From Gammaproteobacteria bacterium (GTDB lineage Bacteria; Pseudomonadota; Gammaproteobacteria; Pseudomonadales; Azotimanducaceae), in NCBI GenBank assembly GCA_028818795.1, contig JAPPND010000231.1, positions 4,892 to 68,891 on the forward strand: a stretch of DNA of 64,000 bases. The letters are read 5' to 3'. Positions 8,121-19,024 of this stretch are shown here, piece after piece (the stretch's first letter is position 1; the number at the start of each line of letters is the position of its first letter). The notes below the pieces were generated by a model, which did no database searches, was not told the origin of the DNA, and worked only from the letters and a program-made list of their open reading frames with translations. A program made the translations under genes and the position numbers.

Positions 8121-10871
8121 ATGGCCCGGGTCAACATAGACGGCAGGGACTACGACCTTCCCGACGGTCAGAACCTCCTTCACGCCTGCCTGTCCGAGCA
8201 ACTCGATCTCCCCTACTTCTGCTGGCACCCGGCGATGGGCTCGGTCGGATCCTGCCGCCTATGCGCCGTGCTTCAGTACCGGGACGAGGCGGACAGCCGA
8301 GGCCGGCTGCAGATGGCCTGCATGATGACCGTCGAGGACGGCTTGAGGATCGGCATCGGCACCTCGGATGGCGAGCAGTCGCGACCCGCCGCCTTCGCGG
8401 CGGATTTCCGCAAACAGGTCATCGAGTGGCTGATGGAGAACCATCCCCACGACTGCCCGGTCTGCGAGGAAGGCGGCGAGTGCCACCTCCAGGACATGAC
8501 CGTGATGACCGGCCACTCCATGCGCCGCTACGGCGGCATGAAGCGCACCTGGACGAACCAGTACCTCGGGCCGTTCATCGGCCACGAGATGAACCGCTGC
8601 ATCACCTGCTACCGCTGCGTGCGCTACTACCGAGACTACGCCGGCGGCACCGATCTCGATGCCTTCGGTTCCAAGTCGCACATGTTCTTCGGCCGCGCCG
8701 GGGATGGCGTGCTCGAGAGCGAGTTCGCGGGCAACCTGGTGGAAGTCTGCCCCACCGGGGTGTTCACCGACAAGCCGTTCTCCAAGGTCTACACGCGCAA
8801 ATGGGATCTGCAGTCGGCGCCTTCGATCTGCCCCCATTGCGCGGTGGGCTGCAATACCTTCCCGGCGGAGCGCTACGGCGTCCTGAAACGCGTCCACAAC
8901 CGCTACCACGGCGAGGTCAACGGCTACTTCCTGTGCGACCGCGGTCGCTACGGGTCGCACTTCGTCAACCACGACAAGCGCATTCGGAATGCGGGCGTAC
9001 GGGCCGAAGACGGCGTGTTCGAAGCGCCGGGGCGCGATGCCGCCGTGGCAGCGGTCGCGGAACGGCTTCAGGACGCGGACGTCATCGGCATCGGCTCGCC
9101 GCGAGCGTCGATGGGGGCGAACTTCGCGCTCAAGGAACTGGTCGGGGCCGGCAATTTCTGCATCGGCATGGCCGACGACGAGGCGGCAACCATGGCCGCG
9201 ATGCTCGACGCCTACCGCGGCGGCGGCTTCAAGATCCCTTCGCTCACCGACATCGAGAACGCCGACGCGGTGTTGATCCTAGGCGAGGACATATCGAACA
9301 CGGCGGCCCGCATGGCACTTGCCGTCCGCCAAGCGGCACACGGGGTCGCCTTTGAAATGGCGAAGGAGGCGAAGATCCCGGATTGGCAGGATGCCGGCGT
9401 GCGGGGTCACGCGCAGCATGCCAAGAGCCCGCTTTTCATTGCATCCGTTGCTTCGACGCGTATCGACGACCTGGCGGCGGCGACCCGGCACGGCGACGCC
9501 CTCGATCTCGCCCGGGCGGGATTCGGCATCGCCCATGCCATCGACGCCGATTTTCCGCCCGGCACGTTGGATGCGTTCGTTACCGCGGCGGCGGAAGCGC
9601 TTGCCGCCGCCGATCGACCACTCGTCATCGCCGGCAGCGAAGCGCGGGAACCCGCGTTGGTGCAGGCGGCGACCAATATCGTCCTGGCGCTCGGCGCTCG
9701 GGGCAAGGATGCGATGCTGGCGTTGACGGCCTCTGAGTCGAACAGCCACGGCGTCGCGCTGCTCGGCGGTTCGCTGTCGCTCAGGGATGCCGTTCAACGG
9801 ATCGCCGACGGCGCGGTGGCGGTGATCGTGGAGAACGATCTGTATCGGCGCATTCCCGCCGACGGCCTCGATCTTGGTCGCGCCATCGTCATGGACTACC
9901 TCGAGACGCCGACGGCGGGGGCCTCGGCCGTGGTGCTGCCCGCCTCAACCTACGCGGAGCAGACCGGAACGTTCGTCAACTACGAGACGCGGGCGCAACG
10001 GTTCTACCAGGTGTTCGAACCGACCGATGAGATCGCGCCGTCGTGGCGCTGGATCTCGGCGATCGGCAACGCGATGGGCCGGGACGATCTTCGTTGGCGC
10101 GACATGGACAACCTTACCAAGGCCTGCGCCGCGGCCGGCGACGAACTGTCGGGCCTCGCCGACGTCGCGCCCGGCGCGGGCTTCCGGGTCGACGCCGAGA
10201 GCAAGATCCCGCGCCAGCCCCACCGATACAGCGGGCGGACGGCAATGCGCGCCGACGTTTCCGTGCACGAACCCAAGACCACGGTGGATCACGAGACCCC
10301 GTTCTCGTATTCCATGGAGGGGCTGAACACCGGCGACCAGCCGGGAGCCGTGCTGCCCTACGTCTGGTCGCCGGGTTGGAACTCCAACCAGTCGGTGTTC
10401 AAGTTCCAGCAGGAAGTCGCCGGCGCGCTCGCAGGGGGCGATCCGGGCGCTCGGCTTATCGGCGCGAACGGTGTCACGCGCAGAGACGGTTACCAAGATG
10501 TGCCACCTGCGGCCCAAGTCGACGTCTCGAACGGAACATTCCGCGCCGCACACGTGAGCTACGTGTTCGGCGGCGATGAGCTGTCAGCGGCCTCCGCCCC
10601 GATCCTCGAGAGAACACCCCCGCCCTATGTGCTGCTCAATCCCGCGGATGCCCAACGCCTCGGCGTGTCGGACGGGAACGGCGTGGCCATTGCCGAACTT
10701 GGAGCCAGCTACGAGGTGCGTGTGGATGACAGCATCGCATCCGGCGTCGCCGGCGTGGCTCGGGGCCTACCCGGGACCGGCGTACTGGCGACAACGCACG
10801 TGAGCCTCGCCGCAGACCCCGATTTCGTACGCCGGCCCGGCGGCGACCCCGGCCTCATCGCCAAAGGCTGA
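8121..10871 (+). CDS. nuoG: NADH-quinone oxidoreductase subunit G
   Basis: 916 aa. It has an N-terminal 2Fe-2S fold (CRLCAV), HPHDCPVCEEGGECHLQD and CITCYRCVRYY cluster motifs, and a molybdopterin-like C-terminal region. Confidence 0.95.
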   Translation: MARVNIDGRDYDLPDGQNLLHACLSEQLDLPYFCWHPAMGSVGSCRLCAVLQYRDEADSRGRLQMACMMTVEDGLRIGIGTSDGEQSRPAAFAADFRKQVIEWLMENHPHDCPVCEEGGECHLQDMTVMTGHSMRRYGGMKRTWTNQYLGPFIGHEMNRCITCYRCVRYYRDYAGGTDLDAFGSKSHMFFGRAGDGVLESEFAGNLVEVCPTGVFTDKPFSKVYTRKWDLQSAPSICPHCAVGCNTFPAERYGVLKRVHNRYHGEVNGYFLCDRGRYGSHFVNHDKRIRNAGVRAEDGVFEAPGRDAAVAAVAERLQDADVIGIGSPRASMGANFALKELVGAGNFCIGMADDEAATMAAMLDAYRGGGFKIPSLTDIENADAVLILGEDISNTAARMALAVRQAAHGVAFEMAKEAKIPDWQDAGVRGHAQHAKSPLFIASVASTRIDDLAAATRHGDALDLARAGFGIAHAIDADFPPGTLDAFVTAAAEALAAADRPLVIAGSEAREPALVQAATNIVLALGARGKDAMLALTASESNSHGVALLGGSLSLRDAVQRIADGAVAVIVENDLYRRIPADGLDLGRAIVMDYLETPTAGASAVVLPASTYAEQTGTFVNYETRAQRFYQVFEPTDEIAPSWRWISAIGNAMGRDDLRWRDMDNLTKACAAAGDELSGLADVAPGAGFRVDAESKIPRQPHRYSGRTAMRADVSVHEPKTTVDHETPFSYSMEGLNTGDQPGAVLPYVWSPGWNSNQSVFKFQQEVAGALAGGDPGARLIGANGVTRRDGYQDVPPAAQVDVSNGTFRAAHVSYVFGGDELSAASAPILERTPPPYVLLNPADAQRLGVSDGNGVAIAELGASYEVRVDDSIASGVAGVARGLPGTGVLATTHVSLAADPDFVRRPGGDPGLIAKG

Positions 10872-10917
10872 CGTTTAAGGACGACCCATCTTCGGTTTCG
10901 AGATCAACTGGGCCTAC

Positions 10918-11859
10918 GTGCTGATCCTGCCGCTCGCGGTGGGCACGCTGCTCGCCGTGATGTTCCTGCAATGGTGGGAACGGCGCCTGCTCGGCTGGTG
11001 GCAGGACCGGCAAGGGCCGAACCGGGTGGGCTGGTTCGGCGTGCTGCAGGGCGTCGCCGACGGCATCAAGTTCATTACCAAGGACGACTGGCTGCCCCCG
11101 TTCGGCGACCGGGTGCTATTTGTCCTTGCCCCGTTGATCGTCGCCGGTTCGATGCTCCTGGTCCTCGCGGTGATCCCCTTCGCCCCCGAGGTCCACGTCG
11201 CGGACCTGAACATCGCGCTCTTGTGGTTTCTCGCCATGTCGTCGCTGGCCGTCTACGGCGTCTTGCTCGGCGGCTTCGCCAGCAACAACAAGTACGCATT
11301 GCTCGGCAGCCTGCGCGCGGCGGCGCAGATGGTCACCTACGAGGTGTTCATGGGGCTCTCGATCATGGGCGTGGTGATCCACGCCGGGTCGTTCAGCCTG
11401 GTGGACATCGTCGAGGCGCAGCGCGACCTGTGGTTCATCGTTCCCCAGTTCCTGGGTTTCGCGATCTTCTTCATCGCCGGCCTCGCCGAGTCCCATCGCC
11501 TGCCTTTCGACCTGCCGGAGGCCGAGCACGAGCTGACCGCAGGCTTCCACACCGAGTACTCGGGGATGAAGTTCGTGCTGCTGATGTGCGGCGAGTACGT
11601 GGCGGTGATCGTCACGTCCTGCCTGCTCGTGCTGCTCTTCTTCGGCGGCTGGCTGGTGCCGGACTTCCTCGACTTCCTGCCGCCCATCGTCTGGTTCGGC
11701 GTGAAGGTAATGGTGTTCATCCACATCTTCGTGCTGCTGCGGGCGGCCATTCCCCGGCCCCGCTACGACCAGCTCATGAGCCTCGGCTGGAAGATCCTCC
11801 TGCCGCTCACCCTGGTGAACCTGCTCGTCACCGGCTTTTTCGTGCTCTGGGAGTTCTAG
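10918..11859 (+). CDS. nuoH: NADH-quinone oxidoreductase subunit H
   Basis: [22 protein letters not shown] motif and multiple TM segments. GTG start; the frame is open back to 10879, so the start is uncertain. Confidence 0.93.
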   Translation: MLILPLAVGTLLAVMFLQWWERRLLGWWQDRQGPNRVGWFGVLQGVADGIKFITKDDWLPPFGDRVLFVLAPLIVAGSMLLVLAVIPFAPEVHVADLNIALLWFLAMSSLAVYGVLLGGFASNNKYALLGSLRAAAQMVTYEVFMGLSIMGVVIHAGSFSLVDIVEAQRDLWFIVPQFLGFAIFFIAGLAESHRLPFDLPEAEHELTAGFHTEYSGMKFVLLMCGEYVAVIVTSCLLVLLFFGGWLVPDFLDFLPPIVWFGVKVMVFIHIFVLLRAAIPRPRYDQLMSLGWKILLPLTLVNLLVTGFFVLWEF

Positions 11860-11861
11860 CC

Positions 11862-12380
11862 ATGCTGAGCCAGCTGCGAACGCTGTGGACCGTCTTCAAG
11901 CACACCTTCATGCGCAACGAGACGGTGCAGTACCCGGAGGAGATGCCCTACCAGGCGCCCCGGTACCGCGGCCGTATCGTGCTGACGCGCGACCCGGACG
12001 GCGAGGAGCGCTGCGTCGCCTGCAACCTCTGCGCGGTGGCGTGCCCCGTCGACTGCATCGCGCTGCAGAAGACAGAGCGCGAAGAGGACGGGCGCTGGTA
12101 CCCGGAGTTCTTCCGGATCAACTTCTCGCGCTGCATCATGTGCGGGATGTGCGAGGAGGCGTGCCCCACCTACGCCATCCAGCTGACCCCCGACTTCGAA
12201 CTCTGCGAATTCGACCGCGCGAGCCTGGTCTACGAGAAGGAGCACCTGCTCATCGACGGCGTCGGCAAGTACCCCGACTACAGTTTCTGGCACCTCGCGG
12301 GCAAGACCATCCACGGCAAGGGCAAGGGCGACGCGCAGCGCGAAGCGAAGCCGACCGATGTTCGGAGCCTGTTGCCTTGA
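11862..12380 (+). CDS. nuoI: NADH-quinone oxidoreductase subunit I
   Basis: Two 4Fe-4S ferredoxin motifs, [12 protein letters not shown] and [12 protein letters not shown]. The ATG lies 2 nt after the nuoH stop. Confidence 0.95.
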   Translation: MLSQLRTLWTVFKHTFMRNETVQYPEEMPYQAPRYRGRIVLTRDPDGEERCVACNLCAVACPVDCIALQKTEREEDGRWYPEFFRINFSRCIMCGMCEEACPTYAIQLTPDFELCEFDRASLVYEKEHLLIDGVGKYPDYSFWHLAGKTIHGKGKGDAQREAKPTDVRSLLP

Positions 12381-12382
12381 CG

Positions 12383-12898
12383 ATGGATCTAGCACTGTTC
12401 TGGATTCCAGCGGCAGTGGCGCTGGCATCAACGCTGCTCGTGATCACGCGCAAGAACGCGGCCCACGCGCTGATCTACCTGGTCGTGTCGCTACTTTCAG
12501 TCGCGGTGATCTTCTTCGTCCTCGGCGCGCCGTTCGCGGCGGCGCTGGAGGTCGTTATCTACGCCGGCGCGATCGTCGTGCTGTTCCTGTTCGTGGTGAT
12601 GATGCTGAACCTCGGCAACACCTCGGTGATGCGCGAGAGCCGCTGGCTGCGGCCCGGCATGTGGGTCGGCCCGGCGATCCTCGTCTCGATCCTGCTCATC
12701 ACGATGGTCTACGTGATTGTCGGATTGCCCAATGCAAACGTCACTACGGGCGAGATGGTGGGGCCGAAGGCGGTCGGCAACGAACTGTTCCGGCCCTATC
12801 TCCTCGCCGTCGAGCTGGCCGGGTTTCTGCTGCTTGCCGCCCTGATCGGCGCCTATCACCTCGGCCGCCGCTACCTCGAACAGCGCCGGGAACCCTGA
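12383..12898 (+). CDS. nuoJ: NADH-quinone oxidoreductase subunit J
   Basis: 171-aa hydrophobic protein in the conserved operon position. Confidence 0.9.
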   Translation: MDLALFWIPAAVALASTLLVITRKNAAHALIYLVVSLLSVAVIFFVLGAPFAAALEVVIYAGAIVVLFLFVVMMLNLGNTSVMRESRWLRPGMWVGPAILVSILLITMVYVIVGLPNANVTTGEMVGPKAVGNELFRPYLLAVELAGFLLLAALIGAYHLGRRYLEQRREP

Positions 12899-12899
12899 C

Positions 12900-13211
12900 A
12901 TGGCCATCGAAGTCCCGGTCGAACACGTCCTCCTGGTGGCCGCCGGTCTGTTTCTGCTCGGTCTCCTCGGCGTGCTCGTGCGCCGCAACATCATCTTCCT
13001 GCTGATGTCGCTCGAAGTGATGATGAACTCGGCGGGCCTGGCGTTCATCGCGGCGGGCGCCAAGTGGGGTGCGCCCGACGGGCAGATCATGTTCATGCTG
13101 ATCCTGGCCCTGGCCGCCGCCGAAGTGGCCGTGGCGCTCGGTCTTGTCCTGCAGATATCGCGTCGGTTCGACACCTTGGACGTCGACGCCGCCAGCGAAC
13201 TGAACGGCTGA
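12900..13211 (+). CDS. nuoK: NADH-quinone oxidoreductase subunit K
   Basis: 103-aa protein with 3 TM segments ([19 protein letters not shown]) in operon position. Confidence 0.95.
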   Translation: MAIEVPVEHVLLVAAGLFLLGLLGVLVRRNIIFLLMSLEVMMNSAGLAFIAAGAKWGAPDGQIMFMLILALAAAEVAVALGLVLQISRRFDTLDVDAASELNG

Positions 13212-13217
13212 GCAAGC

Positions 13218-15053
13218 GTGCTCGAATACCTCTGGCTCGTGCCCGCGCTGCCGCTCGCCGGATTCTTCGCGCTCTTCGTCACCGAGGGCAAGCTGCCCGA
13301 CAAGATCGTCGCCGTCATCGGCGCGGGCTCCGTGGGCTTGGCGGCGCTCGTCGCCTTGGGCGCCGGCATGGAGTTCGTGCAGAGCGGCGAGGCGTCCTAC
13401 GCGCAGTCGCTCTGGACCTGGATGGCGGTCGGCAACTTCACGCCGTCGATTACCCTCTACCTCGACCCCCTGTCCCTCGTGATGTCGGGCGTCATCACCG
13501 GCGTCGGTTTCCTGATCCACCTGTTCGCCACCGGCTACATGTGGAAGGACCACCAGGAACCAGAGGGCTACAGTCGCTTCTTCGCCTACATGAACCTGTT
13601 CGTGTTCGCGATGCTGATGCTGGTGCTGGGCGACAACCTTCTCGTCCTGTTCCTGGGCTGGGAAGGCGTGGGGCTGTGCAGCTACCTGCTGATCGGGTTC
13701 TACCATCGGGATCCCGAGAACGGCTATGCGGCACGGAAGGCGTTCGTGGTGACCCGGGTGGGCGACACCCTGATGGCCATCGGCTTGTTCCTGTTGTTCA
13801 GGGAACTTGGGTCGCTCGACATCCAGACCGCGCTCGGGGATGCGGGCCAGCTCGACGCAGGCATGGCCACCGCCATCGGCCTGCTGCTGCTCGGCGGCGC
13901 CGTCGGCAAGTCGGCGCAGGTGCCGTTGCAGACCTGGCTGCCGGACGCCATGGCCGGCCCGACGCCGGTCTCCGCGCTGATCCACGCGGCGACGATGGTG
14001 ACGGCGGGCGTCTACCTCATCGCCCGCATGAAGGGCATCTACGACCTGGCGCCCGTCGCGCAGTTAGCGGTCGCCATCGTCGGCTTGGTGACGCTCCTGA
14101 TCTCGTCCTTCACGGCGCTTACCCAGACCGACATCAAGCGCATCCTCGCCTACTCCACCATGAGCCAGATCGGCTACATGTTCATGGCGCTCGGCGTCGG
14201 CGCCTGGTCGGCGGGGATCTTCCACCTCATGACCCACGCCTTCTTCAAGGCCCTGCTGTTCCTTGCGTCCGGCTCGGTGATCCTGGCGCTGCACCACGAG
14301 CAGGACATATTCAAGATGGGCGGGCTGTGGCGGAAACTGCCGGTGCCGTTCGCCAGCATGCTGATCGGCTCGATAGCCCTCGTGGCTGTGCCACTAACTT
14401 CCGGCTTCTACAGCAAGGACGCCATCCTGCTCACCGCCTGGGAACACGGCACCGGCCCATGGTTCTGGGCAGGTGGCGTGCTGGCGGCCTTCATGACGGC
14501 TCTCTACACCACGCGCATGATGGTGGTGGCGTTCCTGGGCGAGACGAAGACCGAGCCCCACGATGCGTCCCGGATCAACATGTGGGGACCGCTCGTCGTG
14601 TTGGCCGTGCTCTCGATCGGCGGCGGATGGATGACCTTCAGCGTACTTGACGATCTCCTTGGCGCCATTGACCACATTCCGCATATCCATCCAGCGGCGC
14701 TCGTAACGGTCGTGCTGCCTCTCTTGGGAATAGTACTCGGCTATTTCGTCTTCAGCGGCCGGATGAACGTCAACTCCCTGGTCGAGTCTTCCTTCGGCGA
14801 TGCCCTGCGACGCTTCTGGCAGAGCGGCTGGGCCTTCGACTGGGTCTACTACCGGGTGTTCGTCAAACCCTTCCTCTGGGTAGCGCGTGTCAACAAAGGC
14901 GACGTGGTCGACCTCGCGTTCCGCATCACGGCCGCCGTGACCCGGGGTTTCCACCACGTCGGCGCCCTGACCCAGACCGGTCGGCTTCGCTGGTACGCCG
15001 CCAACATGGCCATCGGCCTCATCGTGGTCCTCCTGATCGTGGCGAGCGTCTAA
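13218..15053 (+). CDS. nuoL: NADH-quinone oxidoreductase subunit L
   Basis: 611-aa antiporter-like subunit ([46 protein letters not shown]). Confidence 0.95.
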   Translation: MLEYLWLVPALPLAGFFALFVTEGKLPDKIVAVIGAGSVGLAALVALGAGMEFVQSGEASYAQSLWTWMAVGNFTPSITLYLDPLSLVMSGVITGVGFLIHLFATGYMWKDHQEPEGYSRFFAYMNLFVFAMLMLVLGDNLLVLFLGWEGVGLCSYLLIGFYHRDPENGYAARKAFVVTRVGDTLMAIGLFLLFRELGSLDIQTALGDAGQLDAGMATAIGLLLLGGAVGKSAQVPLQTWLPDAMAGPTPVSALIHAATMVTAGVYLIARMKGIYDLAPVAQLAVAIVGLVTLLISSFTALTQTDIKRILAYSTMSQIGYMFMALGVGAWSAGIFHLMTHAFFKALLFLASGSVILALHHEQDIFKMGGLWRKLPVPFASMLIGSIALVAVPLTSGFYSKDAILLTAWEHGTGPWFWAGGVLAAFMTALYTTRMMVVAFLGETKTEPHDASRINMWGPLVVLAVLSIGGGWMTFSVLDDLLGAIDHIPHIHPAALVTVVLPLLGIVLGYFVFSGRMNVNSLVESSFGDALRRFWQSGWAFDWVYYRVFVKPFLWVARVNKGDVVDLAFRITAAVTRGFHHVGALTQTGRLRWYAANMAIGLIVVLLIVASV

Positions 15054-16514
15054 ATGATCCTGTTCGTCGTGATCCTTGCTCTCCTCGCCGCCGGCGTCGT
15101 GGCCTGGGCTTCCGAACGGTTGAGCAAGGACGCGCCCCGCCTGGTCAGCATCATGGCCTTCGGTGCCGGTCTCGTCTGGTCCGCGGCCCTCTGGCTGGAC
15201 GGTGCGGACGCCAACGGGCTCTACGCCGCCATGGACTGGCCGTGGATCGCGCGGTTCGGGATCCACCTCGCCCTAGAGATGGACGGCCTGAGCCTCCTAA
15301 TGGTCGCGCTCACGATGTTCCTCGGCATCGTCGCCGTGGTCTCCTCGTGGGACGAGATCGAGGCCGCCCACGGCTTTTTCCAGTTCAACATCCTTTGGGT
15401 GATGGCCGGGGTCGTCGGCGTGTTCACGGCCATGGACCTCCTGCTGTTCTTCTTCTTTTGGGAAGTCATGTTGATTCCCATGTACCTCCTGATCGCCATC
15501 TGGGGGCACGAGGAGAAGGCCTACGCCTCCATGAAGTTCTTCCTGTTCACGCAGATCAGCGGGCTCTTGATGCTGTTCGCGATTCTGGCCCTGGTCTACG
15601 TTCACCACGGCGCCACCGGGGAGATCACGTTCAGCTACAAGGCGCTGCTCGATGCTGAGATCGACCCCCGAATCGCGATCTGGCTGATGCTCGGCTTCTT
15701 CGTCGCGTTCGCCACCAAGCTGCCGTCGGTACCGGTGCACACCTGGCTGCCGGATGCCCACACCCAGGCACCCACCGCGGGGAGCGTTATCCTGGCGGGC
15801 ATCCTGTTGAAGACCGGCGCGTACGGGATCATCCGCTTCGCCGTGCCGCTGTTTCCCGAGGCGTCCGCGGACTTCGCGATCTGGGCGATGCTGCTCGGCA
15901 CGGTGAGCATCCTCTACGGCGGCGCCATGGCGTTCAGCCAGTCGGACTTCAAGCGCCTGGTGGCCTACAGCTCCATCGCCCACATGGGCTTCATCCTGCT
16001 CGGCGTGTACGCGTTCAACGAACTCGGCATGCAAGGTGCCATCGTCACCATGGTCGCCCACGGCTTCTCCACGGCGGCGCTCTTCATGATGGCGGGTGCC
16101 ATCCAACAGCGCCTGCATACCCGGGAGATGGGGCAGATGGGCGGGCTGTGGAAACATGCCCCGCGCATGGGGACCATGACCCTGTTCTTCGTGATCGCCT
16201 CCGTCGGCATGCCCGGGCTCGGAAACTTCGTGGGCGAGTTCCTGGCCCTTCTCGGCGCATTCCAGGAGAACTGGGTGATGGCCGTGGTCGCCACGGCCGG
16301 CATCGTGGTCGCCGCGGTCTACGGCCTCTACCTGATGCAGCGCTCGTTCCAGGGGACGCCGAACCCCGATGTCGCGTCCATGCGCGACTTCGGACTGCGC
16401 GAGATGAGCGTCATGGCGGCAATGATGGCGGGTCTAGTCTGGGTGGGCGTCTATCCCCAGCATGTGCTCGAGTTGTCGAATGCGACGATCCAGACCTTGG
16501 GAATCCTGCCGTGA
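15054..16514 (+). CDS. nuoM: NADH-quinone oxidoreductase subunit M
   Basis: 486-aa antiporter-like subunit (FATKLPSVPVHTWLPDAHTQAPTAGSVILAG). Confidence 0.95.
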   Translation: MILFVVILALLAAGVVAWASERLSKDAPRLVSIMAFGAGLVWSAALWLDGADANGLYAAMDWPWIARFGIHLALEMDGLSLLMVALTMFLGIVAVVSSWDEIEAAHGFFQFNILWVMAGVVGVFTAMDLLLFFFFWEVMLIPMYLLIAIWGHEEKAYASMKFFLFTQISGLLMLFAILALVYVHHGATGEITFSYKALLDAEIDPRIAIWLMLGFFVAFATKLPSVPVHTWLPDAHTQAPTAGSVILAGILLKTGAYGIIRFAVPLFPEASADFAIWAMLLGTVSILYGGAMAFSQSDFKRLVAYSSIAHMGFILLGVYAFNELGMQGAIVTMVAHGFSTAALFMMAGAIQQRLHTREMGQMGGLWKHAPRMGTMTLFFVIASVGMPGLGNFVGEFLALLGAFQENWVMAVVATAGIVVAAVYGLYLMQRSFQGTPNPDVASMRDFGLREMSVMAAMMAGLVWVGVYPQHVLELSNATIQTLGILP

Positions 16515-17947
16515 GCGCGGCTGAGGTCTGGGCACTGGCGCCCTATCTCGCGCTAGCCGGTGGCATCGCGCTCTTGCTGCTCGCCGTCGCCGCGTTGCGC
16601 TCGCACCGCCTCGCGTTCTGGGGCGCCATCGCCACGTTGGCGATCCCGCTGGCGTTCGTACCGACGGTCCTGGGAGGCGGCACCCAGATCGTCGACACCG
16701 TCCTCGAAATCGACGGCTACGCCCTGTTCTTCTTCGTCCTGTTCTCGCTCGCCGCGATCGCAACCGCCGTCCTCTCGGCGCGCTATCTCGGCAGCCGCGC
16801 CACCCACCGCCAGGAGTTCTACCTGCTGCTCACCACGGCGACCCTCGGGGCCGCCGTAACCGCGGGCGCGTCGCATTTCGCGACCTTCCTGATGGGACTG
16901 GAAGTGCTGTCCATCTCGCTCTACGCGATGATCGCCTATCCCGAAGAGGGCCACCCGCCGCTCGAAGCCGCCGCCAAGTACCTCGTGCTGTCGGGCGCTG
17001 CCTCGAGCACGATGCTGTTCGGCATGGCGCTCATCTACGCCGCCTCGGGCTCGTTGGCCTTCGAGGCCGCCGGGGACATCGCCGCGGGCGAGCACAACGT
17101 CCTGGTGCTCGGCCAGGCCATGCTGCTGGTGGGCGTCTTCTTCAAGCTCTCCCTGGTGCCGTTCCACATGTGGACGCCCGATGTCTACCAAGGCGCCCCG
17201 GCACCCGTTACGGGATTCGTCGCGACGGTTTCCAAGGGCGCGGTGTTCGCGGTGCTGCTGCGCTACGCAATCGACGCCGACCTGCTCTCATCGCCCGCCG
17301 TGGGCATCGTAGTCGCGGTCATCGCCGTGCTGTCGATGGTCGTCGGCAACATCCTAGCCTTGCTCCAAACCAACCTGAAACGCCTGCTGGCATATTCGTC
17401 GATCGCCCACCTCGGCTACCTGATGATCGCCCTGGTGGTGGCCGGCACGGCGGCAGGCCAAGCCCTCGGCGTGGAGTCCGGACTCTTCTACGTTGCCGGC
17501 TACTTCCTGATGACGCTGGCCGCTTTCGGCGTGATCACGGTCCTGTCGAACGAAACCGAGGACGCCGACCAGATCTCGGGCTACGACGGGCTACTCTGGC
17601 GTCGCCCCGTCGTCGCCGCCGTGCTCGCGGCCGCCGCGCTGGCGCTCGCCGGGATACCGCTCACCGTCGGATTCTTCGCCAAGTTCTACCTGGTGGCCGC
17701 TGGCGTCGGGAATGCGGCCTGGGGTCTCGTCTGGGCGCTCATCGTGGGCAGCGCGATCGGCATCTATTACTACCTGCGCATTGTTTTCGCCATGACGAAA
17801 CGCCCGGACGACGACCGCCCCGAAGGAGGTCGCCGGGTTCCGTGGGAGGGCTTCGTCACGGTGGCCCTGCTCGGCCTCTTGATCATCCTGCTTGGCTTGC
17901 ATCCATCCCCCTTTATTGAGTTCGTTAGGGAACTCGGTGGACCGTAG
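16511..17947 (+). CDS. nuoN: NADH-quinone oxidoreductase subunit N
   Basis: The GTG start overlaps the nuoM stop (GTGA). FFKLSLVPFHMWTPDVYQGAPAPVTGFV motif. 478 aa. Confidence 0.92.
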   Translation: MSAAEVWALAPYLALAGGIALLLLAVAALRSHRLAFWGAIATLAIPLAFVPTVLGGGTQIVDTVLEIDGYALFFFVLFSLAAIATAVLSARYLGSRATHRQEFYLLLTTATLGAAVTAGASHFATFLMGLEVLSISLYAMIAYPEEGHPPLEAAAKYLVLSGAASSTMLFGMALIYAASGSLAFEAAGDIAAGEHNVLVLGQAMLLVGVFFKLSLVPFHMWTPDVYQGAPAPVTGFVATVSKGAVFAVLLRYAIDADLLSSPAVGIVVAVIAVLSMVVGNILALLQTNLKRLLAYSSIAHLGYLMIALVVAGTAAGQALGVESGLFYVAGYFLMTLAAFGVITVLSNETEDADQISGYDGLLWRRPVVAAVLAAAALALAGIPLTVGFFAKFYLVAAGVGNAAWGLVWALIVGSAIGIYYYLRIVFAMTKRPDDDRPEGGRRVPWEGFVTVALLGLLIILLGLHPSPFIEFVRELGGP

Positions 17948-17956
17948 TATCCCAAC

Positions 17957-19024
17957 ATGAACGCCATCGACCTCTTTGCAGGCCCAGGAGGAATGAGTCA
18001 GGGTGCAGCCATGAGCGGAATCGACGTCCATACAGCGATTGACATCGACAAACACTCGGCTACGACCTACGCTCACAACCACCCAGCCACGAATCTGCTC
18101 GTCGCCGACGTTCAAGCAATCTCCACCCGCTCGATCCATGCAATACAGCGCGCTGCCCGGCCGAACGTCGTATTCGGCGGGCCTCCATGTCAGGGCTTCT
18201 CCTACTCCAATCCTAGACATCGGCGTCGCACCAATCCCAATAACTGGCTCTTCAGACACTTTCTCCGATTCGTCGAGATACTCAACCCCGACTGGGTCGT
18301 TCTAGAGAACGTTCCAGGTATCCGCGACACAGCTAACGGCTATTTCCTGGCATCCGTTATTTCCGGTCTAAGCCAACTTGGACGCAGAGTGCGCCACGGT
18401 CTATTGGATGCTGCTGACTATGGCGTACCGCAACACCGTCGACGCTATTTCATCGTAGCCCACAGACCAAACATTGATTTCACTCTCCCCGTACCGACCG
18501 TGAACGTTCACGTAACTGTCAACGAGGCGATCAGAGACCTCCCGCAGCTCCCAAACGGTAATACGATCTGCAAGAGAGAATACGGAACTTCGCCTCCGTC
18601 ACCTTACGCGAGGGGATTGAGAGGCCGCAGCAAGTTTTGCTACAACAACCTTGTGACGCGAAACAACAGCGCCGTAGTGGAACGTTATCAATTCATACCA
18701 CAGGGCGGGAACTGGACAGACATTCCCAAAGAACTGATGTCAACCTATCGAAATCTGTCTCAATGCCACACCGGAATCTACCACCGCTTACGGCCAGATG
18801 CCCCTGCAATTGTCATTGGGAATTTCAGGAAGAACATGCTAGTACACCCTTCAGCCGATAGAGGTCTTTCGATACGAGAGGCAGCTCGACTACAATCGTT
18901 TCCCGACCACTATAGATTCCACGGGTCAATTGGTTTTCAGCAACAACAGGTGAGCAACGCCGTACCTCCATTGCTCGCAAAGAGTGTCTTCGACTCTATC
19001 TCAAGGGCTCATACGACAACGTGA
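17957..19024 (+). CDS. dcm: DNA (cytosine-5)-methyltransferase
   Basis: All hallmark motifs are present: DLFAGPGGMSQG (I), GGPPCQGFS (IV), ENVPG (VI), QHRRRYF (VIII), REAARLQSFPD (IX) and NAVPPLLA (X). Confidence 0.93.
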   Translation: MNAIDLFAGPGGMSQGAAMSGIDVHTAIDIDKHSATTYAHNHPATNLLVADVQAISTRSIHAIQRAARPNVVFGGPPCQGFSYSNPRHRRRTNPNNWLFRHFLRFVEILNPDWVVLENVPGIRDTANGYFLASVISGLSQLGRRVRHGLLDAADYGVPQHRRRYFIVAHRPNIDFTLPVPTVNVHVTVNEAIRDLPQLPNGNTICKREYGTSPPSPYARGLRGRSKFCYNNLVTRNNSAVVERYQFIPQGGNWTDIPKELMSTYRNLSQCHTGIYHRLRPDAPAIVIGNFRKNMLVHPSADRGLSIREAARLQSFPDHYRFHGSIGFQQQQVSNAVPPLLAKSVFDSISRAHTTT